Shown: positions 1 through 64,000 of the stretch, one piece after another
Numbering within the stretch: position 1 is the stretch's first letter
How the letters are laid out: every line of letters starts with the position of its first letter
Assembly: GCA_976551045.1 (NCBI GenBank)
Contig: CDPCPM010000002.1
Coordinates: 3,472,001-3,536,000 of the forward strand
Source of the DNA: Glaucostegus cemiculus
Taxonomy: Eukaryota
Length of the DNA stretch: 64,000 bases
Direction of reading: 5' to 3'
The notes under the pieces: generated by a model
What the model saw: the letters and a program-made list of their open reading frames with translations, nothing else
Databases searched by the model: none
Told to the model about the DNA's origin: nothing
Position numbers and translations under genes: made by a program

Positions 1-251
1 TAAACTTGCCCCTGAACATAAACTTGCCCCTGAACATAAACTTGCCCCTGAACATAAACTTGCCCCTGAACATAAACTTGCCCCTGAACATAAACTTGCC
101 CCTGAACATAAACTTGCCCCTGAACATAAACTTGCCCCTGAACATAAACTTGCCCCTGAACATAAACTTGCCCCTGAACATAAACTTGCCCCTGAACATA
201 AACTTGCCCCTGAACATAAACTTGCCCCTGAACATAAACTTGCCCCTGAAC
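1..251. repeat. Perfect 18-bp tandem repeat (taaacttgcccctgaaca)n, about 14 copies, running off the left edge
   Basis: Directly visible; the unit is continuous with the end of the ERV copy 1 protease on the - strand. Confidence 0.97.
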
Positions 252-2268
252 GTATGGAGGGACTGTCCCTTTAAAACATTGATTCCTAGGATGCTATCTA
301 AACTGTTACAGGTTGAGGAGGTTGGTTCCTGATGGCCAGGTGGATCGTGACTTCCCTCGCAGGTATAAGGGAGCCCCCTAACCCCTCTATTTGCATCTGT
401 GTCCCTTTCCACCCAAAGGGGTCACCTGGATGATGGTGTGTTGGGCATTCATGTCGATGAGTGAGTGCCATCCACCTCTGTATGTTCCCCTTCCCCATGT
501 AGAGCTATGGGTATATGTGGCCTCAGGTCTTCTGGGCGGGAAAGAGTGATGGAACAAATGTGCCGGGGGTCCCTGGCCTTCATCCTGTGGGAGGTGGATG
601 GGGTTCTGCCACCCAGTGGGTGAAGGTTCCTGCTGGCAGAGGTGGGATATTTCCTGTCTCAGCAGGACCCGGAGCTGAGCCTTGGGAGCAGGAGAGACTG
701 TTTCGAGTGGGGGAGGAGCAAAGGCAGTGTTGTCGGAGGCAGCCCACATGGTCCAGAGGTTGGGGTCGCCCCTGAGTTGGGCTTCTTCCCAGGGTGGTTG
801 TGGATTTTCCCCTGGCCAGATTCCCCCCCCCCCCCCCCTTCCCCACAAAGCTCTTTCCACAGCGCGTAAATGGCAGAGGTCGGGATCCCACCTGTGCTGG
901 TGCGGTCCACCCCTGTGCGCAGCAGGTCCAAGAATAGCCATTTGCGTGTAAAACGAGGGATTGTGTTTCTAGCCCTCATCTTTGCCCTACAGACCTGGGT
1001 GGGCACCCTTTGCTGCAGTACTCTAGCCCTTCCGTGGGGTGATGGTGTCCTGCACTGTTTTCCCATTAGCCAGGACCACTGGCCTCAAATCGAGACGCAC
1101 GGTGGTGACCAGGTATCCCACTAGCGCTCTGGTCACCATGGTATTTTTTAAAAAGTTGCAAACACGGGCTCCCTCATAAATACCGTCACCAGTGCCCACT
1201 CCCTAATGACCCTGGTGCCCTCACTGACTGTGCTCTATTGTGGTCACCTGTATAAATCCCACTCGAAGGGTAGGGTACTGGAGCCTCACAGCAGTCACTA
1301 CCCGATCCCACAAGGTAGTGCTGCCCTGATCCCTTCCTGTGGTGCCCGTAGAGCTTTGTTGACTCATTGGACAGGCTCCCCAGGGCGTTCACTTCCTGGT
1401 GAGAGAGACTCACGTTGGGGGTCCCTCATCCCACAGTCGGAGCAGCCACGCGGCCAGGTGCTCACCCAGCTGCTGGCGGTACCGATCCGCCAGCTGGGTC
1501 AGCTCCTTGGCTGAGAAATCCCAGCTCTCCGTAGTCTCAGAGGGACTGTGGGCACTTTCCCCTGTGGGGTCCTCATCCTGACTCTCCTCCCTTCCGTGGT
1601 GGACCTGGGACCGTGTGGTGACAGGTTGAGCATGCAGGGGTTCGGGGTGGGGGGGGGGTTTAGTGGGAGGGTGGGTGTAATGGGACCCAGGTTCCTCAGG
1701 CACCCCCTCCTCGTCATTATCCATCCATATATCCCCATCCCCCAGCTATGCGTCCAGTGTTGCCCTGCTGGACCAGGGCTTGAATATTGAGCGGGTCTGG
1801 CTGCACCTGCTGCATTTGGATCAGTCTGCAGGTGACCTCGGTACCTTTGGCCTTGAGGTCGTTGGCTCGGGTCTGGGCAGCCTGGACTGCCTCCTGCAGC
1901 GTACAGCAGCGCTGCTGGAGCACCTCCATCTCCTTGTCTTTCTGCTGACGTGTATTCTGTGTCTGGCCAGTAATCCCGACCTGGCATCTCAGGAGGGAAG
2001 CAAATAGCTAGAGGGCACCCCTTTGACTTCCCTTAGCCTTGGGGAACCCAGACCTCTGAAGGAAAGTGACCATGTGGTGCCCCATTTTCTCACCACGGGT
2101 GTCTAAGTGCTCGGCCCAGTCCACTGGTTTACCGTGGTCCGTCAGCATGCTGGGCAAGCTCCCAAATCCCTTGCTGTCATCAGTCCACCCGGGAATCCTA
2201 TCCTCGGGTGCTTGCACTGGCTTTCTTGCCCCTGTTCCAGTACATCCCTCTCTGCGCCTGTGTTTAAG

Positions 2269-2286
2269 ACCCTGCTTGCAGTGCCA
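2269..2286 (-). other. Primer-binding site, tRNA-Ser-like (TGGCACTGCAAGCAGGGT)
   Basis: Lies 2 nt after the LTR end; equals the copy 2 PBS with two CpG->CpA changes. Confidence 0.8.
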
Positions 2287-2288
2287 AT

Positions 2289-2890
2289 TGTTGCGAAACA
2301 GATTCGGGATCTCGGAGGCAAGGACTCTGAACACAGTCTTAGAGATAAATGACTTAGTTACAAAAGACAAACGTGGGGAAAAGGTAACGGGAATAACAAG
2401 CACCCACGTGCACAGTTTATAGTGGGTGTGGGAAAACCGCAACAGGAGTAAAATACACACAGACGCACAAAACTAGTTCGGTACAGACAATCAAGGAAAA
2501 ACAATACAATACCCACCACCCCTTGACTCAGTGCAGGCACGGCACTGTGCTGCTAGGGAAACTAACTAAAACACTCCCAACCCTTTTAACAGTGGACACC
2601 TCACCAACGATTTCTCCAGTGTTGTTTCACGGTGCTCAGCCTGGAGCGAAACAGGGTCAACCCTCGGAACAGATAGAGAGCAAGCCGAGCACTCTTTATA
2701 GTGCTGGAGGGCTGGGTGGTTCAGCCCAGGTAATTTAAAAAGGCCAATAGCCTAGTGCCAGCAAGGACTAATCGATTACAAAGGCCAATGGTCAGGTGTG
2801 TGTTGATGGGTGGGCGGGGCCAAACCTTGATTGGCAGTCTTCCGACCAGGTAGGGGCGGTGCTGTCACGTGACAGCCACGACCCTTCACA
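2289..2890 (-). repeat. 5' LTR of ERV copy 1 (about 602 bp, TG...CA)
   Basis: Starts TGTGAAG at 2890 and ends GCAACA at 2289, immediately before the PBS. The TATA context ccacccagccctccagcactataaa (about 2695-2719) matches the LTR of copy 2; CCAAT and GC boxes are present. Confidence 0.82.
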
Positions 2891-2984
2891 GAACAGATGT
2901 GAATTAATCAAATTTTGTAAAAAGAATTGAAAAACATTTGTTTGAAAGGTCATAGATGATCCTCCATAAAACCCACAGCAAGTA

Positions 2985-3570
2985 ATTAGGAAGGCAGATT
3001 GGATGTTCGGCTTATTACAAGGAGTGTGAAGTATAAAAGCAGGCACGTCTTGCAGTGACTGCAGGGTTTTGTAACCACACCTATAGTGCTGTGTGCATCC
3101 CTCAAGCACTTGCATGGAAGCAGTTCAGAAAAATTTTAAAGTCTAATAATGAGATGAATAGATTCCTTTAAGAAGGAAGGTTGAGCATATAAAAATTTAA
3201 AAGAATGAGAGGTAGTCTTAAAATGTATGAAACTCTGAAAGGGCTTGATAGGATAGATGCTGAGAGGATGTGTCCCCTCATTCAGGAATATAGAACCAGT
3301 CAGCTTTGTTTCAGAATACAGGGTTGCCTATTTAATATAAAATTTCTTCCATCAGAGGGTCGCAAGTCTTGGAACTCCTCCTGGAACACTGTGAAGGGTG
3401 TGTCAAGGCTGAGATAAATTCTCAGACCACAGGGGAGTTGAACATTATAGGGATTGGGCAGAAAATTGGTGTGAAGGCCAAGATCAGATTGGCAACTATC
3501 TAAGTGACTAGCAGAGCAGGGTCAAGGGGCGTATGACCTCCTGCTTCTATTTCTTATGTTCTTATTTTGT
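2985..3570 (+). mobile_element. Degenerate CR1 LINE 3' fragment
   Basis: YETLKGLDRIDAERM RT C-terminus; 3' UTR ending cctgcttctatttcttatgttctta. Confidence 0.75.
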
Positions 3571-3772
3571 AATGAGAGAGAATTCTTGTTACACTTTGGT
3601 TAAGAGCGATACTTTAGTGGTGAATAAAATTATCCTCCGTGAACATGTTTCAGACAACATGAAACTTGCTTAAAATTGAAAATCACCCAAACCTGTTAGC
3701 AGATTTGCAGATCTGCACCCTGCAACATTTCATAGGACAGACAATGGGCCCATGGAGGCAACACTTCAAGTT

Positions 3773-4001
3773 GGCGGCACGATAGCGTAGTGGTTAGCGT
3801 GACGCTGTTACAGCGCCAGCGATCGGGGTTTGATTCCCGTCGCTGTCTGTAAGGAGTTTGTACGTTCTCCCATGTCTGCATGGGTTTCCTCCCACTTTCT
3901 GAAAGATGTACAGTTAGGTTAATTTGGGGGTTTAAAATGGGCAGCGTGGACTCGGAGGGCCGAAAGGGCCTGTTACCACGCTGTAAATAAATTTTTAAAA
4001 A
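3773..4001 (+). mobile_element. tRNA-derived V-SINE (HE1-like) with CR1-type tail
   Basis: A box tagcgtagtggtta, B box ggtttgattcccg, core gtttgtacgttctccc...gggtttcctccc, tail gggccgaaagggcctgtt...ctgtaaataaa. Confidence 0.85.
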
Positions 4002-4505
4002 GTCCTCCAAGTCACACTTCACCCTGACACAGGCACATCTTACTGTTCTTTTATCATTGCCAGAATAAATTCTAGAACTTCCTAATTAACAGCACCAATG
4101 TAGTCTTTTAAGGCAAATAATGTTGTTTGAACATAGAAGCTTATCATTGCTGCAAGCACAGCTAAAGACAGGGAGTAAAGGGCAGTGGTCACATATTTAA
4201 AACACATTTTTAAGTATGTGATTAAATCCAGTAGTGTGCAATAGGTTTCAACAATTCCCTTGGCAATGCTGAGTTTGAAAAGTGGCTCAACATTTCTTAC
4301 TGAAGTTGAGAGACGAGAATGTTCTGCACTGATTCAGTGATATTTTATTTCAATTTGTACAGGCAGGTGGAAATACTGGACCATAGTTTGTTCATCGCAT
4401 AATTTGTTTGTATAGAAAGCAATGGCTGCTACTTTGGTTACTCTGAACCAGCTTACATTATCTTGTGTCTTGTTGTATCCTAACCAACTCTAACCTGTGT
4501 TTCAG

Positions 4506-60707
<56,202 letters not shown>

Positions 60708-62999
60708 TGAGAATCCATGGGGCTGCCTGCTGGCTCATTTCACACAAGCTCAGGTGTTTCTATCTGAAGCCTCTTAGACTGAAATCCAATGTAAATTACA
60801 TGTAATTTTTTGTTGAACTTGAAATGTCACTTGCAGGTTGCAACTACCCTTCATGAGGTACTGTCTGTAACACCATGAACCATGACATCAGTTATCAAAG
60901 GATGTTGTTTATACAATGGCAAGTTAAAGCCCAAGGAAATCAAACTAAATTATCATCAAGAGAATTAATTGACTTCAAGTTGACCTTTTGATTTTTTTAA
61001 AAAATTTGATAAACATGTAAATATTTCGTTAGGCTTGGTTTGAGGTGAGATGCACAGTATCAGTATGGGCTGTAATTTTTAGCAACGGACTGCACCAGTC
61101 ACTTGTGACACCAGCTTAGGTTGGAGACTCCTCGCATTCAACTTGTGTTCATTTGGTGCCAGGTGCTTCCTGAAAGCAAGTCAAATTTTGAGGTTAGGAT
61201 TTTCAAACCCAAGTATACGGTGTACTTAAAGAGAAGTAACTCCTGAGCAAACTCAAAGGAAGTGTGTTTTGAACCTTAAATCCTGCACTTCTGCAATAAA
61301 TCTTATTAATTATTTAACATGTTTCTAGTTTTGCTGCTTTTTATGCTTAAATCTTTATAATTACTTGTACTTTCCACCATGTGTTGTGGCCAATTTTATC
61401 CTCCGTTTTGTTAATTGAGTGCTGGCAATGATTGCCTCTATTGCCTTTGAAGAGAGGATGGATGCTATGTGATGTTTTATGATGCTATGTGCCTGTGATG
61501 CTGCTGCAAGTAAGTTTTTCATTGCACTTGTGCATATGACAATAAGCTTGCCTTTGACTTTGATGTACATGGATGACACCGTCTGTAATTGAGATCATCT
61601 GAACAGAGTCGCCATAGCCACAGGAGGTTATCCTGCCACCATTTTACTTACCTCCATTTGCTCTATTGGAGTTTTGCTGGAAAGCTGCGGTTGTCCACCC
61701 TTTCTAGTCCTTGAAAAGCTGCAAAGGAACGATCTTCTTAAAGTTCATCTTCTACCACAGTGTTTTTGCTAGGTCATGCCGGATTTTGACCCAGTGATTA
61801 TGAAAGAACTGGGATATATGTCCAGGTCAGGATAATGTGGAGTAGAACGTAAGTTTTTAATTCTCTTGTCAGGATGTGGGTATCGCAGGCAAGGTCAGCA
61901 TTTATTGCCCATTCCTAATTGCCTTTGGGAAGGTGGTGATTAGCATCTTCTTGAACTTCAGCAGTCTTTTTGGTGAAGGTAGCCGCACACCGCTATGGAG
62001 TAGAATTCTAGATGTAGACCCAGCAATGATATTGGAATAGTAATATTTTGCTAAATCAGGGCGGTACATGAAGTGGAGGTTAATCTGTGGGTGCTGGTGT
62101 ACCCAAGCACCTGCTGCCCTTGTCTATCATGGTGGCAGAGGTCAGGGGTTTGGGATATGTTGCCAGAATAGTCCAGGCGAGTAACCACAGTCTGCTTTGT
62201 AGATGATGCTCGTTGTAATCACCACAGGCAATGGTAGGACTGAATAGGGTACGGGTTGCCAAGCAAGCAGGCTACAGAGGTTAGTGGCTTAGTATCCTAC
62301 AGTGAGTGTCTCACCTCCCAACCATAAACACCTCACAGTTAATTGGCTACTTGTCCACCCCGACCCAAAGTACAGTAACAAACTATTCTATGACTTTCTC
62401 TCTTGCAAGTCCCTTTATAGTCTTATTTAAAGATCAGACTTGTGCAATCCAAAATTAACACAGTTCAATTTTTTTGAAGGACTGAAAGTGATCTTGTGAA
62501 GTATGAACATTTAACCTCTGTATGAAATTATTCAAACGTTTGAGGGTCCATTCATCTGCATGTGATATCAGTACTTACTTTAGTTTTTAAAGTTCCACTT
62601 CCATCAATGATCTTTGCCATGCCCCAGGCCAGAGTAAAGCAGGACATACCTTTGAAAGGACCATGTTGCATCCAGTTCATTGCTGATTTGTCTCCCCACT
62701 GTGCCTTGGGAAAGGTTTCTGGCTTAAGAACTTTGGTGAGATTATGGCTCTGAAGTTAGCAACTTCCAGAATGCTGCACATGTATATTGGTGACTGCTGT
62801 GCAGAACAAAGGTGACTCCAAGCTTCCAGTTGTCTATCACTTTAATTCTCCATTCCACTTCCATTCTAACCTCTGTCTTTGGCCTCGTATACTGCTCCAG
62901 TGAAGCCTACATAAATTCAAGATATTCCATCTAGGCACTTTGCATCCCTCAGGACTTGATACTGAATCCAACAATTTCAAATCATCAGACTTCACCTTT

Positions 63000-63330
63000 T
63001 AGAACCTTAGAACCATAGAAAAATACAGCTCAATACAGGCCCTTCGGCCCACCATGTTTTGCCGACCTTCAAACCACTCCTAAGACTATCTTACCCCTTC
63101 TCCCACATATCTTAAATTCCTCCATATGCTAATCCAACAATCTCTTGAACTTGACCAACGTATCAGCCTCCATCACCACCCCCGGCAGGCATTCCATGCA
63201 CCAACCACTCTCTGGGTGAAAAACCTCCCTCTGATGTCTCCTTTGAACTTACCACCCATTACCTTAAAGCCATGCCCTCTTATCTTGAGCATTGGTGTCC
63301 TAGGAAAGAGGCGTTGGTTGTCCACTCTAG
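63000..63330 (-). mobile_element. CR1 3' fragment with (agaacc-tt/at)n tail, flanked by Penelope remnants
   Basis: KIRGHGFKVMGGKFKGDIRGRFFTQRVVGAWNAC. Confidence 0.82.
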
Positions 63331-64000
63331 AACTGGCTATTTCAGATGCAAGGTTATCCACCTGTTACATTAACTCAGCTCTGCTCTCTCATTCACGCTG
63401 CCTGATCGGCTGAATTTTTACAGCATTCTTTTTAATTTCATGTTTGTAGCAGCGACTGTGTTTTGTTCTCTCAGTTCCAGCATTTTTTCCTCCCACTCGC
63501 TCTCATTCATCTTCCTCTCTTTACACTCCTTCAGACAGATCAGCTGTGGCTTGATGAGTGTCATTTCCCTCTCCAGGACTGTGCCAAAAACAATTGTCAT
63601 GTGGACAGTCTCAGTCTCCACCCTATCACAGACGTTCCCTTTGTTTGCTTAGTTGAGCAGACAGTCCACAGTATATGGTCATGTTTTTGATTCCAGTAGA
63701 TGGAGTGAGCATGTTTTGTGCAGTATGTAGGATTTAAACAGCTGTTGTGTACATGTGTATGGATACAGTGGACAGCATGTAAGTGTGTGTGTAATAAGTA
63801 CAGTGCACTTGTCCATTAATTTCTTTAGGTAAAACACATAGTTTGTGTACAATATATGCAGAGATGCAATGGAGAGTTAATGGGTAATTTTTAAAAAGGT
63901 GTGTAACAGACAAAATGTGTATAGTTTGTAGGTGTAGGAATGTATTTGGAGATGAGGTTTGTGTGTGTTAGTGTGTTGACCACTTTGTAGCCACATGCTT

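Larger units (their letters stand above)
252..2890 (-). mobile_element. Endogenous retrovirus copy 1 (class III, ERV-L/S-like): 5' LTR, PBS and degenerate gag-pro; 3' part outside window
   Basis: Collinear homology to the element at 48804-53967 (IPGWTDDSKGFGSL, DFSAKELTQLADRYRQQLGEHLAAWLLRLWDEG, QMQIEGLGGSL). Multiple frameshifts; the protease DTG is mutated to DMN, with a 4-bp duplication near 443-471. Confidence 0.9.

Noticed and set aside
1-251. CRISPR-like array
   Set aside because: Head-to-tail identical units with no spacers, in a vertebrate intron
6-332. ORF with (PLNINL)n repeat
   Set aside because: Translation of the 18-bp tandem array; no ATG start or other gene evidence
3773-3850. 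tRNA gene (also at 17975, 42368 and 44870-44948)
   Set aside because: The A and B boxes continue into SINE core and LINE-derived tail; these are SINE heads, not tRNAs

Overview
Vertebrate genomic DNA, most likely from a cartilaginous fish (shark or ray), inferred from the CR1, V-SINE, Deu-SINE and Penelope repeat complement. The whole window lies inside one + strand gene, tousled-like kinase 2 (TLK2). Thirteen consecutive coding exons (4506-60706, 1427 nt) splice in frame through GT-AG sites, from the N-terminal Ser/Pro-rich region through the coiled coils into the kinase domain (GRGGFS, VAVK, HYDLKPGN, DFG); the first and last exons lie outside the window. The introns are packed with retroelements. 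The most notable features are two related class III (ERV-L/ERV-S-like) endogenous retroviruses. One is a young, complete, sense-oriented provirus at 48804-53967 with near-identical LTRs, a 5-bp TSD, a tRNA-Ser PBS, gag-pro, a deleted pol and a decayed env, so it appears non-autonomous and mobilised in trans. The other is an older antisense copy at 252-2890 whose protease tail has expanded into an 18-bp minisatellite. Both share a TAG at the same position in gag and a palindromic E-box/CLEAR element in U3. A Penelope-derived minimal hammerhead ribozyme with an intact core lies at 42212-42249 on the - strand. All family assignments come from motif recognition by eye; no database search was run.
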